Shown piece by piece: positions 50,611 to 61,684 of a stretch of 64,000 bases of DNA. The DNA is from a virus, in IMG/VR virus record IMGVR_UViG_3300032241_002679, positions 1 through 64,000 of that record; one strand, written 5' to 3'. The notes under the pieces are model-generated. The model was given only the letters and a program-made list of their open reading frames with translations, was not told the origin of the DNA and ran no database searches. Position 1 is the stretch's first letter; the number at the start of each line of letters is the position of its first letter. The translations under genes and the position numbers were made by a program.

Positions 50611-51422
50611 AAAATCAATTAATTATATTTTCAAAAAATAGGGCTTGTCAGTTAAACTTATTGTTAGATTCGTTAAAGATAAATTCAGGAGATTTATTTG
50701 ATAATATAGCTGTTCTTTACACTTTTAATGAGGAATACAGAAGTGGATATGAAAAATTAAAATTAATACAACCAGCAATAAATTTTAAATTAGAACGTAA
50801 TTTTAGAAATAATTTATTATCATTAATAAATGATAATTATGAGGCCACTACATTCATGGTCGATGACGCAATTCTATTCAGACCAATTATAGAAAAAAAA
50901 ATAGATATTATAAAATCAGTAATTGAAGATTCTGTTATATTTTCTTTAAGATTAGGTCAAAATTGTGTTTATTCTCACCCCGCAAATTTACATTATACTT
51001 TAAATGATCATGAAATCGATAATAAGTATATAATTTTTGATTATACCAAACAACAAATTGGGGATTTTAAATATCCGTTATCAACCGATGGTCATATTTT
51101 TAATACTCAATTAATTAAAAATTTGCTAGTTGAAATTGATTTTATTAATCCAAATACACTAGAACATAGTTTACAAAAATTTGTTAATTCAAATTTTATA
51201 CCCAAGATAATTAAATGTTTTATTGACTCAAAATTAGTCAGCGTTCCTGTCAATTTGGTTAATAATGTATTTAAAAATAGACATGGGCTAGAATTCGGTA
51301 TTTCTGAAAATGAATTAAATAATAAATTTTTATCAAATGAAATTATCGATATAAATTTATTGGATTTTTCAAACATAAATGGTCCGCATAAAGAAATAAA
51401 ATATGTCTTTAAGAAAAGTTAA
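50607..51422 (+). CDS. Putative glycosyltransferase (GT-A-like)
   Basis: IIFSKNRACQL..LLDS, FMVDD; cluster context. Confidence 0.55.
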   Translation: MKNQLIIFSKNRACQLNLLLDSLKINSGDLFDNIAVLYTFNEEYRSGYEKLKLIQPAINFKLERNFRNNLLSLINDNYEATTFMVDDAILFRPIIEKKIDIIKSVIEDSVIFSLRLGQNCVYSHPANLHYTLNDHEIDNKYIIFDYTKQQIGDFKYPLSTDGHIFNTQLIKNLLVEIDFINPNTLEHSLQKFVNSNFIPKIIKCFIDSKLVSVPVNLVNNVFKNRHGLEFGISENELNNKFLSNEIIDINLLDFSNINGPHKEIKYVFKKS

Positions 51423-52230
51423 AATTATCGATACTAATTTTGCTCACGCAAAATATAGTACTGATTATCAAGAATCAAAATATATTGAATGGGTGCGAAA
51501 CATACCACCCAATAATGATGAAATAATATTCTTTACTGATAATTCAATGTATAATGTTGATAAAATAAAAAATTGCAAGAAAATAGGTATGTTAATGGAA
51601 CCTAAGGCGATAAATTTTAATATATATGACTGGATCAGTAAAAATCACAATAAATTCGATTTAATTTTAACATATGATAAAGCATTGATTAATAATTTTG
51701 ATAATATTGAATTTTATCCGCACTGTGGTTGTTGGATTAAAGAAAAAGATCATAAAATTTACGATAAATCAAAGTTATTATCTATTGTTGCTTCAAATAA
51801 ATCTCAGACAAATGGTCATAAATTAAGGCATATAGCTATTTCAGAATTGAAAGAAAAAAAATTTGATTTAGATGTCTTTGGTAGAGGGTATAATTCTATT
51901 GATTATAAATTAACTTCATTAAAAGATTATGCCTTTTCATTAATAATTGAAAATAGTCGCTCTGATTATTATTTTACTGAAAAATTAATAGATTCATTTG
52001 TCACTGGAACTGTACCAATTTACTGGGGGTGTCCTTCTATTGGTAATTTTTTTAACTTAGACGGTATGATAATTTTTGAAGATATTAAAGATTTACTTTG
52101 TAAAATAAATTTATTATCTTTTGATAAATATAATAAAATGTTACCAGCTATTAAAGAAAATTTTATTAAGACAAAAGAATTTTTAATAGCTGAAGATTGG
52201 ATTTACAAAAACACTAATATATTCAAATAA
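51403..52230 (+). CDS. Glycosyltransferase family 10 (fucosyltransferase-like)
   Basis: IENS..DYYFTEKLIDSF..GTVPIYWG. Confidence 0.85.
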   Translation: MSLRKVKIIDTNFAHAKYSTDYQESKYIEWVRNIPPNNDEIIFFTDNSMYNVDKIKNCKKIGMLMEPKAINFNIYDWISKNHNKFDLILTYDKALINNFDNIEFYPHCGCWIKEKDHKIYDKSKLLSIVASNKSQTNGHKLRHIAISELKEKKFDLDVFGRGYNSIDYKLTSLKDYAFSLIIENSRSDYYFTEKLIDSFVTGTVPIYWGCPSIGNFFNLDGMIIFEDIKDLLCKINLLSFDKYNKMLPAIKENFIKTKEFLIAEDWIYKNTNIFK

Positions 52231-52231
52231 T

Positions 52232-52918
52232 ATGAATTTTACATTTGGAATAATTACTGGTGGTAATAATGAAATAAATATTAATCAAATTATTGATTCA
52301 ATTGAAAATCAAAATATACCAAATTATGAGATTATAATAGTCGGTGATTGTAATTTAAATAGAAAAAAAACACACATTGTAAAATTTAATGAAAGATCAA
52401 AACCAATGTGGATTACCAAGAAAAAAAATATAATTACAAATACTGCGAATTATGATAATATAGTCTATTTACATGATTATGTAAAATTCAATGATAAATG
52501 GTATGAGGGTCAAATCAAAAGCGGTTCAGACTTTAAAGTAAGAATGGATAAAATAATTGATTTTTATGGTAACCGCTTTAGGGATTGGTGTATTTGGCCG
52601 CATAATAATAATTTCATGGATTCAATAATAGAAAGAGATTGTTTAATACCATATAACATGATTCATTTATCTAAATATATGTACATATCTGGCACATATT
52701 GGATTGCCAAAAAAGAAGTTATGTTAGAATTTCCATTGGATGAAAATTTATCTTGGGGTCAGGGAGAAGATGTTTTATGGTCAAAACAAGTAAGAAATAA
52801 ATATGAATTTAATATGAATTCATACTCAACCGTACAACTTATTAAATTAAACAAAGATAAAGTTTTTAACGAGCCTAATGAAGAAAAAATAAAAATATTA
52901 AATAATATAAAAAATTAA
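52232..52918 (+). CDS. GT2-like glycosyltransferase
   Basis: FTFGIIT, YEIIIVG, YLHDY, GEDVLWS. Confidence 0.7.
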   Translation: MNFTFGIITGGNNEININQIIDSIENQNIPNYEIIIVGDCNLNRKKTHIVKFNERSKPMWITKKKNIITNTANYDNIVYLHDYVKFNDKWYEGQIKSGSDFKVRMDKIIDFYGNRFRDWCIWPHNNNFMDSIIERDCLIPYNMIHLSKYMYISGTYWIAKKEVMLEFPLDENLSWGQGEDVLWSKQVRNKYEFNMNSYSTVQLIKLNKDKVFNEPNEEKIKILNNIKN

Positions 52919-52921
52919 AGA

Positions 52922-53557
52922 ATGCATATATTAAACAAATGTTTTGATAAAATTTATGTTATAACAATAGAGGGTTCTTTCAGAATAGAAAGAATGAAAG
53001 AACGTTTAAATGGTATTGATTATGAATTTTTTTATGGTGTAAATGGTGCTACGTTGGATAAAACCCCATATATTCAAATGGGCTCCAAACAGACAAGGGG
53101 TCAATTAGGTTGTACACTTAGTCATTACAATTTATATAAAAAAATAGTTAATGAAAATCTATATGATAAAGTGTTGATATTAGAAGACGATTCAATTTTT
53201 ACTGATAATTTAAATGAATTAGAAAAATATATGAAACAATTACCCCAAGACTGGGGAATGTTTTACTTAGGTTGGGATGGCGGAGGTAATATTAAGCCTA
53301 ACTTTTCTCCTAATTTGTGTGAAATATCCAATAATAATTTATTTGTTCTTCATTGTACTCATGCCATATCAATAAGACCATGGTTTGCCCAGAAAATGCT
53401 TGAATTAAATAAAAATGCTTTATATACTGCTGATGGTTCATTTACGGAAATAGTTAAACAATTTGGGGTTAAAACATATGCTGCTATTCCTAAAATAATA
53501 AATCCAGATAACATGGAATCTATAACATGTAACATAGACAGAGATTATGGGTTCTGA
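52922..53557 (+). CDS. Glycosyltransferase family 25
   Basis: GCTLSH, LILEDD, WGMFYLG. Confidence 0.85.
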   Translation: MHILNKCFDKIYVITIEGSFRIERMKERLNGIDYEFFYGVNGATLDKTPYIQMGSKQTRGQLGCTLSHYNLYKKIVNENLYDKVLILEDDSIFTDNLNELEKYMKQLPQDWGMFYLGWDGGGNIKPNFSPNLCEISNNNLFVLHCTHAISIRPWFAQKMLELNKNALYTADGSFTEIVKQFGVKTYAAIPKIINPDNMESITCNIDRDYGF

Positions 53558-54866
53558 TAAATTGATTAAACGAATAATAGATCTTTCTTATACATCAAAA
53601 GAAGGTCATATACCAAGTTCTCTTTCAGTCTTGGACATATTGTATGTTCTATATGGTAAAATATTAAAAAATGAAGACAGATTCATTTTGAGCAAAGGAC
53701 ATGCATCTCTTGGATTGTATGTTATATTAGAGCATTTCAATTTATTAGAATATAATCTTGATGATTTTTGCAAATATAATAGTAGTATAGGCGGTCACCC
53801 AAGTAATAAATTAAAACATATTGAAGCCTCAACTGGTTCTCTAGGTCATGGATTACCAATCGCTGTTGGTATTGCTATGGGTGAAAAAATACAAAAAACT
53901 AATAATAAAGTTTTTGTAGTTATAGGAGATGGTGAATCAAATGAAGGAACAATTTGGGAATCAGCTTTATTAGCCTCTAATCATAATCTAAATAATCTTT
54001 ATTGTATTATGGATTATAACCATTCAAATGATAGAGCGTTAAAATTGGATAGTGTAATAAATAAATTTAATGCGTTTAATTGGCATACGATAGAAATTGA
54101 TGGGCATAATGAAAATGAAATAATAAAAGCTTTAGAAACAAATTCAGATAAACCAATTTTTATTTTGGCTAACACCGTAAAGGGTAAGGGAATATCAATA
54201 ATTGAAAATAATCCAGAATGGCATCATAAAATCCCAAATGATGAAGAATATAAAAAACTTATTAATACAATTTATTTAGATAAAATAAATTTACTAATAC
54301 AATCATCTAATAATCTTGGTCAGACATTTCAAGAAGTTTTTAATTTGGTAAATTATGTAATTGAAACAAGAAATATAATTGGTGATATTGCTGAAGTAGG
54401 TGTTTATTCTGGGGACAGTGCTAAAATATTAGAATATTTTAAAGATGAAAATAAGAAATTATACCTATTTGATACATTTGAAGGATTAAAAGATTGCGGG
54501 GAAAAGGATGGTGATTATTTAAAAAACGGTTTTTTATTTTATGATTATAATAGTACAATAGAAAGATTTAAAAATAATGATAGTGTTATAATATCTAAGG
54601 GTTATTTTCCAGAAGAAACTGGAAATATATTAAATGATAAAAAATTTTCTTTTGTTCATTTAGATGTTGATACGTATCAATCAACTTTTAATTGTCTTAA
54701 TTATTTTTATGATAAAATGAGTAGTCATGGTATTTTTATTATACATGATTATACAGGAAATAATCAAACTGAAGGTGTTTCATTGGCTGTTGATGAATTT
54801 TTTAAAAATAAATTAGAAAAACCTAATATTATTGGAACGTCACAATGTATAATAATAAAACAATGA
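53547..54866 (+). CDS. Transketolase N-terminal (ThDP-binding) subunit fused to a TylF/MycF-like O-methyltransferase
   Basis: GHIPSSLS, LSKGHA, TGSLGHG, GDGESNEG, WHH; then EVGVYSG, FDTFEG, HLDVD, IHDY. Confidence 0.85.
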   Translation: MGSDKLIKRIIDLSYTSKEGHIPSSLSVLDILYVLYGKILKNEDRFILSKGHASLGLYVILEHFNLLEYNLDDFCKYNSSIGGHPSNKLKHIEASTGSLGHGLPIAVGIAMGEKIQKTNNKVFVVIGDGESNEGTIWESALLASNHNLNNLYCIMDYNHSNDRALKLDSVINKFNAFNWHTIEIDGHNENEIIKALETNSDKPIFILANTVKGKGISIIENNPEWHHKIPNDEEYKKLINTIYLDKINLLIQSSNNLGQTFQEVFNLVNYVIETRNIIGDIAEVGVYSGDSAKILEYFKDENKKLYLFDTFEGLKDCGEKDGDYLKNGFLFYDYNSTIERFKNNDSVIISKGYFPEETGNILNDKKFSFVHLDVDTYQSTFNCLNYFYDKMSSHGIFIIHDYTGNNQTEGVSLAVDEFFKNKLEKPNIIGTSQCIIIKQ

Positions 54867-55744
54867 GAAAACAATTAATAAATTCTGTTGAAAAAGTATT
54901 GTTTAATAATGATAAAACAATTTTATTATTAGGGGACATTGGTGTATTTGGTTTTAGAAATGCGTTTCAAAATTATTCAGACAGAGTTTATAATATAGGT
55001 ATACTAGAGCAAAGTACAATTAGTTTAGCCTCTGGCATGGCCATTACGGGTCTTATACCAATAGTTCATACTATTGCACCATTTATAGTAGAAAGAGCTT
55101 TAGAACAACTTAAAATAGATTTTGGATATCAAGAATTAGGTGGAAATTTTATTACTGTTGGCGCATCATATGATTATGCTGCTTTAGGGCCAACACATCA
55201 TTGCCCAGCAGATGTTTCATTATTACTAACAATTCCAAATATGGAAATTATTGTGCCTGGGACTAGTAATGAATTTGATCAATTATTTAATATTGGTTAT
55301 AATAATAATACACCGACATATTATAGGCTTAGTGAATTCGAAAATAATGTTTCAAATAACGTAACTTATGGGAAAGGAAATATTATTAAAATTGGTTTTA
55401 ATGGGGTTATTGTATGTATTGGTAATATGTTATCCAATGTCATTGAAGCGACAAGAAATTTAGACATTACGATCTTATATTATACCAGTATTAATCCCTT
55501 TGATAGTGATTTATTATTAAATAATTATTTATACGATAAACCCATAATAGTAATAGAACCATTTTATGAGGGAAGTATAAATTATAAAATAACTAAAACA
55601 TTAGAAGGCAAAAATTACAAATTATTTAATATTGGTGTTCCACATAAATTCTTAAAAAACTATGGCACTAAATTAGAACACGATGAGCATTTAGGGTTAG
55701 ATATAAAAGGACTTAAAAATAAAATAGAACAATGTCTTATATAA
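54863..55744 (+). CDS. Transketolase C-terminal subunit
   Basis: NIGILEQ, RALEQLK, LGPTHH, YYRL; ATGA overlap at 54863. Confidence 0.88.
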   Translation: MRKQLINSVEKVLFNNDKTILLLGDIGVFGFRNAFQNYSDRVYNIGILEQSTISLASGMAITGLIPIVHTIAPFIVERALEQLKIDFGYQELGGNFITVGASYDYAALGPTHHCPADVSLLLTIPNMEIIVPGTSNEFDQLFNIGYNNNTPTYYRLSEFENNVSNNVTYGKGNIIKIGFNGVIVCIGNMLSNVIEATRNLDITILYYTSINPFDSDLLLNNYLYDKPIIVIEPFYEGSINYKITKTLEGKNYKLFNIGVPHKFLKNYGTKLEHDEHLGLDIKGLKNKIEQCLI

Positions 55745-56751
55745 TTGAGGAGGAAGCAAAAAATATAGTCTCTAATATAAATTTTGAATTACTTAGAGAT
55801 AAAAAAATACTTATAACTGGTGCTTCTGGTTTAATAGGTATTTTTCTTATAGCTTCTTTAAAGGAAATTAAAGAAAAATATAATATTAGCATTTATGCTT
55901 GGATAAATAACTCATTAGATGATAATATTTCAAGAATATTTAGTGGATGTAATATATTACAAGGGGATATTACTAATATAAATACATTTCAAGATATGAA
56001 TATGTTTGATTGTATTATACATGCCGCTGGTTATGGGCAACCAACTAAATTTATGGATGATAAAATTAAAACAATACATTTAAATACTACAACTATCATC
56101 AACTTATTTAAGTATCTTAATCCTAATGGTAAATTTTTATTTGTTAGTACTAGTGAATTATATAGTGGTTTAGATTATGAAAATATTACTGAAGAACAAA
56201 TAGGTATAACAAATACAAATCATCCACGCTCATGCTATATTGAAGGTAAACGATGTGGAGAAGCTATATGTTATTCATATATCGATAAAGGATTTGATAT
56301 TAAAATTATTAGACTTAGCTTAGCTTATGGGCCTGGTACAAAAAAAAATGATGGTAGGGTATTAAATTCATTAATCCAAAAAGGATTGACTGAAAATTCT
56401 ATTAGACTAATGGATTCTGGTGATGCTATTAGAACTTATGGTTATATAACTGATATTATCGAAATGTTTTGGAATATTTTATTATTTGGAAAAGAAATAT
56501 TGTATAATGTTGGTGGTAAGTCGATAACAACAATATTAGAATTAGCCAGATTAATTGGTTTTGAACTTAATAAAAAAGTTATTATACCAAATGTATCACA
56601 AGAAATTTTAGGTAACCCTAAGTTTGTTAATATTAGTTTAAATAGATATTTAAGTGAATTTAAAAAAGAAAATTTTATTTCATTAAAAGATGGGATAGAA
56701 AAAACAATAAAATGGCAAAAAAAAATATACAATGGAACAAACAATACATAA
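55732..56751 (+). CDS. NAD-dependent sugar epimerase/dehydratase (UDP-GlcA decarboxylase-like)
   Basis: TGASGLIG, STSELY, RSCYIEGKR, YGPG. Confidence 0.85.
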   Translation: MSYIIEEEAKNIVSNINFELLRDKKILITGASGLIGIFLIASLKEIKEKYNISIYAWINNSLDDNISRIFSGCNILQGDITNINTFQDMNMFDCIIHAAGYGQPTKFMDDKIKTIHLNTTTIINLFKYLNPNGKFLFVSTSELYSGLDYENITEEQIGITNTNHPRSCYIEGKRCGEAICYSYIDKGFDIKIIRLSLAYGPGTKKNDGRVLNSLIQKGLTENSIRLMDSGDAIRTYGYITDIIEMFWNILLFGKEILYNVGGKSITTILELARLIGFELNKKVIIPNVSQEILGNPKFVNISLNRYLSEFKKENFISLKDGIEKTIKWQKKIYNGTNNT

Positions 56752-57552
56752 AATTACACCAAAAGATTTGGAAAAAATTTTAGGGTTTAATATTAATGAA
56801 ACATTAAAAAATAAAATTGAAAAATTTGATTTAAAATATAGGCCATTAACTTATGAGGAAAGAAATGATTATATATTAAATGTAATAAACGTATTAACGA
56901 ATGACATTATTAAATCTGGTGAACATAGAATATCTGAATGGGAAAATGCTTTATGCCATTAGTTGATAATTTTGATTATAAAATACATATTTGTTTAGTA
57001 GATGCCGTACTCCAACATTATTTACAAAATGTGGAGAATATATTTGAATTTGGGTGTGGGCCAGCTTATCATTTAATAAGATTAAATGAATTCAATAAAA
57101 ATGTCAAATTAAATGGTTGTGATTGGACAATTAGTTCGCAAAATATAATCAACGAAATCAATTCTTTATTAGATTTAAATATTAATGGGATTAATTTTAA
57201 TTTTTTTAAACCAGATTATAATATTGACATACCAAAAAATAGTGGTATATATACAATTGCAGCGTTAGAACAAATTGGGGAAAACTTTAAAGAATTTGTT
57301 GATTTTTTATTATTTAAAAATCCAGAGATCTGTATTCATATGGAACCAATCGATGAATTATTAGATAATAATTTAATAGATACTTTATCAAAAAAATATT
57401 TTAGAAAAAGGAATTATTTAAAGGGATTTTTACCATATTTAGAAAAATTAGAAACAGAAAATAAAATAGAAATAATAACAAAACAAAGAACTTATTCTGG
57501 AAGTTATTTTATAGAAGGCCATTCTTTGATTGTTTGGAAAATTAAAAAATAA
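56732..57552 (+). pseudogene. SAM-dependent methyltransferase-like gene in two overlapping frames (56732..56962 and 56938..57552)
   Basis: EFGCG motif I in the second part; out-of-frame overlap at EWEN/FMPL. Confidence 0.55.
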
Positions 57553-57555
57553 ACT

Positions 57556-58473
57556 ATGAATATATTAGTTACAGGAGGTGCTGGTTATAAAGGGGTTTTA
57601 TTGACAGAAGAATTATTAAAATTAGGGCATAAAGTTACTGTATTAGATAATTTTATGTATGGATATGATACTTTATTACATTTAATTTCGGATAAAAATT
57701 TAAGTATTAATAAAGTAGATATTAGAAATTTAAATAAGAAGGATGTTAAAAATTTTGAAATAATTTATCATTTAGCGGGGATTAGTGGAATGCCAGCTTG
57801 TGCTACAAATCCACATTCAGCTGAAAGTATAAATGTTGACTCAGTCAGAAATTTAGTGAGCTTTATGTCCAAAGAACAATTATTAATTAATGCTTCTACT
57901 ACATCTATGTATGGTTATTCGGAAACTATATGTACCGAAAATTCCGTAATATCACCTGTAAGCATTTATGGTAAAACAAAGTATATTTCTGAAAATATTA
58001 TTCAAGAAAGGGAAAATAGCATTTCACTAAGATTTGCAACTGTTTTTGGGATATCACCAAAAATGAGAAATGATTTAATGGTTAATGATTTTACATATAA
58101 AGCAATAACAGATAGAAGTTTAATTTTATTTGCTGGAGATACTAAACGTACTTTTATTCATATAAAAGATGCTATTAGAGCATATATTTTTGCTATGAAT
58201 AATTCATCTATAATGAGAGGTAATGTCTATAATGTTGGTGATGAAATAATGAATTTATCTAAAAAAGATATTGCGGATAACATTGCAAAATATATCAAAT
58301 TTGAATTAGTTACTTCTAATTTACCTGATTTAGATAAACGAAATTTTGAAATATCGTTTAAAAAAATAAAAAAAATGGGATTTAAATTAGAATACGGATT
58401 AAATGATGGAATAATGGATTTAGTAAAACTATATTCATATTATGTTCAATATGCACCTTATAAAATAATATAA
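57556..58473 (+). CDS. NAD-dependent epimerase/dehydratase
   Basis: TGGAGYKG, YGKTK, LRFATVFG. Confidence 0.88.
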   Translation: MNILVTGGAGYKGVLLTEELLKLGHKVTVLDNFMYGYDTLLHLISDKNLSINKVDIRNLNKKDVKNFEIIYHLAGISGMPACATNPHSAESINVDSVRNLVSFMSKEQLLINASTTSMYGYSETICTENSVISPVSIYGKTKYISENIIQERENSISLRFATVFGISPKMRNDLMVNDFTYKAITDRSLILFAGDTKRTFIHIKDAIRAYIFAMNNSSIMRGNVYNVGDEIMNLSKKDIADNIAKYIKFELVTSNLPDLDKRNFEISFKKIKKMGFKLEYGLNDGIMDLVKLYSYYVQYAPYKII

Positions 58474-59402
58474 TGGATATTAGATTATACTTTCATGAAT
58501 TTTGGGGTGATTTTAATAAAAACGATAACATATGGTTATGGCTTTTAAGACAAAATCATAATGTCATTTTAGATGATATTAATCCTAATTTAGTAATTAC
58601 TATGGGAACAGGACACAAACCATTTCCTAATGCTTATACAATTTATTATTGTAATGAACCATATTTTCCTAATTTAGATGATCTTGATACCATAGCTAAT
58701 CATTTCTTGTCTAATTTTTATATTGATATACCAAATCATACAAGATTTCCGTCATACTATATGTATATTCATGAATTTATAAGAACTGGACTAATATCAG
58801 ACTTATCATTTTTTAAACAAAATAATAGAAAAATACCAATAAAAACACATTTTTGTTGTTTTGTCAGTAAAAGTTTAAATGGTAAACGTGGAGATTTTTT
58901 TCATAAATTAAGTAAATATAAACAAGTAGATACTAATGTTTTACCATATGGTCATTTTAACGTCCCATATGATAATTCATCTTTTAATTCTTCTAAGCCT
59001 AAAATTGAATTTATAAAAAAATATAAATTTAATATAGCATTTGAAAATAATTACAGAGGCGGTTACCAATGCTGGCCTAATGCTATTTTAAATAACGGAT
59101 ATTTGGTTGACATGGGTGGATTAATATCGGAAAAATTAATTGAACCATTTATTAGTGGCACTATTCCAATATATTGGGGGAGTAAGATGGTATCGAATGA
59201 ATTCAATCCTAATACATTTTTAAATTATTATGATTTTGATAGTGAAGATAAATTAATTGAAAAAATAATAGAACTTGATAATGATGATAATAAGTATAAT
59301 GATTATTTTAAAGAACCCATATCTACAACCAATCAGGCTAATGTGTTAGATTTTGATTATATTATTAGTCTATTGGATAACATAATTAAAAATATAAAAT
59401 AG
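58473..59402 (+). CDS. Glycosyltransferase family 10 (fucosyltransferase-like)
   Basis: YKFNIAFEN, SEKLIEPF..GTIPIYWG. Confidence 0.85.
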   Translation: MDIRLYFHEFWGDFNKNDNIWLWLLRQNHNVILDDINPNLVITMGTGHKPFPNAYTIYYCNEPYFPNLDDLDTIANHFLSNFYIDIPNHTRFPSYYMYIHEFIRTGLISDLSFFKQNNRKIPIKTHFCCFVSKSLNGKRGDFFHKLSKYKQVDTNVLPYGHFNVPYDNSSFNSSKPKIEFIKKYKFNIAFENNYRGGYQCWPNAILNNGYLVDMGGLISEKLIEPFISGTIPIYWGSKMVSNEFNPNTFLNYYDFDSEDKLIEKIIELDNDDNKYNDYFKEPISTTNQANVLDFDYIISLLDNIIKNIK

Positions 59403-59403
59403 T

Positions 59404-60786
59404 ATGGAAAAAAATATAAAATTAATAATTTTTGATTTGGATGGTGTTTTAGTTGATGCTAAAGAAATACATTATGAGGCTTTAAATAAATCATTAAGTT
59501 CTATTAATAAAAATTACATTATAACAAGAGAAGAACATTTATCTATTTATGATGGACTACCTACAAAAATTAAATTAGAAAAATTAACCAGTAATAAAGG
59601 ATTACCTAAAGAATTTCATGAAATAGTTTGGCAAAGAAAACAAGAATTTACTAAAGATGTTATAAAAGAAAAATTATCGGAAAACACTAGATTAATAAAT
59701 GTTTTAAAATCTTTAAAAGAAAATGGTTATAAAATATATGTAGCATCTAATTCTATTAGAGAATCTTTAAAATTAATGCTATATAAAACTGGATTAATTG
59801 AATATGTTGATTATTATTTATCCAATGATGACGTTACTCATCCAAAACCACATCCAGAAATTTATTTAAAATGTATGATACATGCTGGTGCTAAACCAAG
59901 CGAAACATTAATTGTTGAGGATAGTTTACATGGCAGAGAAGCGGCAATAAGTTCTGGTGGGATATTATGTCCCGTGGATTCACCCGAAGATGTGACATAC
60001 GAAAAATTGAAAAAACAATTAGATGAAATAAGTGATAAAAAAAATGAAAATAAAAAATGGATATCCGATGATTTTAATGTTTTGATCCCAATGGCTGGTG
60101 CTGGTTCAAGATTTGCATTAGCTGGATATACATTTCCTAAACCATTAATAGAAGTGCGTCAAAAACCGATGATTCAAGTTGTTATTGAAAATTTGAATAT
60201 AAAGGCTAATTACATTTATATTGTTCAAAAAGAACATTATGAAAAATATAATCTTAAATTTGTTTTGAACCTCATAACCCCAAATTGTCAAATTGTACAA
60301 GTTGACGGTTTAACACAAGGTGCTGCATGTACAACACTTTTAGCAAAAGATTATATAAATAATGATAAACATTTATTAATAGCAAATTCGGATCAATATA
60401 TTGAATGGAATAGTAATAATTTTTATTATTCAATCATTAATAATAAATCAGATGGAACGGTTGTTACATTTGAATCCACACATCCTAAATGGTCATTTGT
60501 TAAATTAGATCATCAAGATTATATAAGTGAAATAGCCGAAAAAAAACCAATAAGCAATATAGCTACAGTTGGTTTATATTATTGGAATAAAGGCTCAGAG
60601 TATGTAAAATATGCTGAGAAAATGATAAAAAATGAAATAAGAGTAAATAATGAATTTTATGTTGCCCCAGTATATAATGAAGCAATCAAAGACGGATTAA
60701 AATTTAGAACCTATAATATAGAAAAAATGTGGGGACTTGGGACACCAGAAGATTTAAAAATTTATCTAGAAAATAAACATGATTAA
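59404..60786 (+). CDS. HAD phosphatase fused to a sugar nucleotidyltransferase-like domain
   Basis: FDLDGVL, KPHP, VEDS; IPMAGAGSRF...PKPLI, LGTPEDL. Confidence 0.85.
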   Translation: MEKNIKLIIFDLDGVLVDAKEIHYEALNKSLSSINKNYIITREEHLSIYDGLPTKIKLEKLTSNKGLPKEFHEIVWQRKQEFTKDVIKEKLSENTRLINVLKSLKENGYKIYVASNSIRESLKLMLYKTGLIEYVDYYLSNDDVTHPKPHPEIYLKCMIHAGAKPSETLIVEDSLHGREAAISSGGILCPVDSPEDVTYEKLKKQLDEISDKKNENKKWISDDFNVLIPMAGAGSRFALAGYTFPKPLIEVRQKPMIQVVIENLNIKANYIYIVQKEHYEKYNLKFVLNLITPNCQIVQVDGLTQGAACTTLLAKDYINNDKHLLIANSDQYIEWNSNNFYYSIINNKSDGTVVTFESTHPKWSFVKLDHQDYISEIAEKKPISNIATVGLYYWNKGSEYVKYAEKMIKNEIRVNNEFYVAPVYNEAIKDGLKFRTYNIEKMWGLGTPEDLKIYLENKHD

Positions 60787-61671
60787 ATGAATTTAGTAAT
60801 ACCAACATATAATAGACATTACGAATATAATATTAATTTTTTAAAATCATTTGATAAATTTTGTTTGGATAAAAATGATGTAAAAATCAATTTTATTGTT
60901 AGTTCTAATGACTACAATAATTTTATTGGGCTAAAAAATCAATTTACAAATTTAAATATTAATTTTTTTAAATTAAATGATTTATTAATGAGTGTTGATC
61001 AAAAAAGGTTTTCGGATAATTTAAGTTTTTTTGCCCAAAAATATCCATTACAATCAATTAAAAAATTATTTGCTTATAAATGTGTTGATACTGATTATAT
61101 TGTTATTGATAGCGAAAATTTATGTCTTAAAGAATTCAAATTTTCAGATATATTTTATACATTAAAAAATAAACCAATACTCTATTGCAATAATATATAT
61201 CAAAATATTCAAAAAGATGTTAATCAATCATGTAATGATTTATTAAACTATACCAATAATAAATGGTTTTTTGTCAAAAGTTATTGGTTTTATGAACTAG
61301 AATATGTTGAAAAATTATTACAAGAATTAAAGGACTTACATAAAAACGATGTTACTTTAATATTAAAAGATAAATTATTTTTTGATTATCAATTATATTC
61401 TACTTATTTATTTAAACACAATAACAAAAAATTTCTATGTATTGATGAAATTTTAAAAAAAGATTATAATTTTCAAAAACAATTAGATGAATTAGGCGGT
61501 AATTACGAATATATGATGACAATATTAAACGAAGAAAATTATTTAAACTACACAAAAATATTAAATGATTTAGATGAAAGAATTATTCGCCTTCATTGGA
61601 TTGATGAAAATATTAAAAATAAAATAATAAATAATACCAATGTATCTATTGGTACTTTTCATTGGGATTAA
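60787..61671 (+). CDS. Putative glycosyltransferase
   Basis: LVIPTY N-terminus, Q.IKKL, VIDSE; cluster context. Confidence 0.5.
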   Translation: MNLVIPTYNRHYEYNINFLKSFDKFCLDKNDVKINFIVSSNDYNNFIGLKNQFTNLNINFFKLNDLLMSVDQKRFSDNLSFFAQKYPLQSIKKLFAYKCVDTDYIVIDSENLCLKEFKFSDIFYTLKNKPILYCNNIYQNIQKDVNQSCNDLLNYTNNKWFFVKSYWFYELEYVEKLLQELKDLHKNDVTLILKDKLFFDYQLYSTYLFKHNNKKFLCIDEILKKDYNFQKQLDELGGNYEYMMTILNEENYLNYTKILNDLDERIIRLHWIDENIKNKIINNTNVSIGTFHWD

Positions 61672-61684
61672 TAAAACTTTATTT

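Noticed and set aside
56938-56950. Programmed -1 frameshift at GGGAAAA
   Set aside because: The heptamer is not phased as X XXY YYZ in the upstream frame and no stimulatory structure was seen
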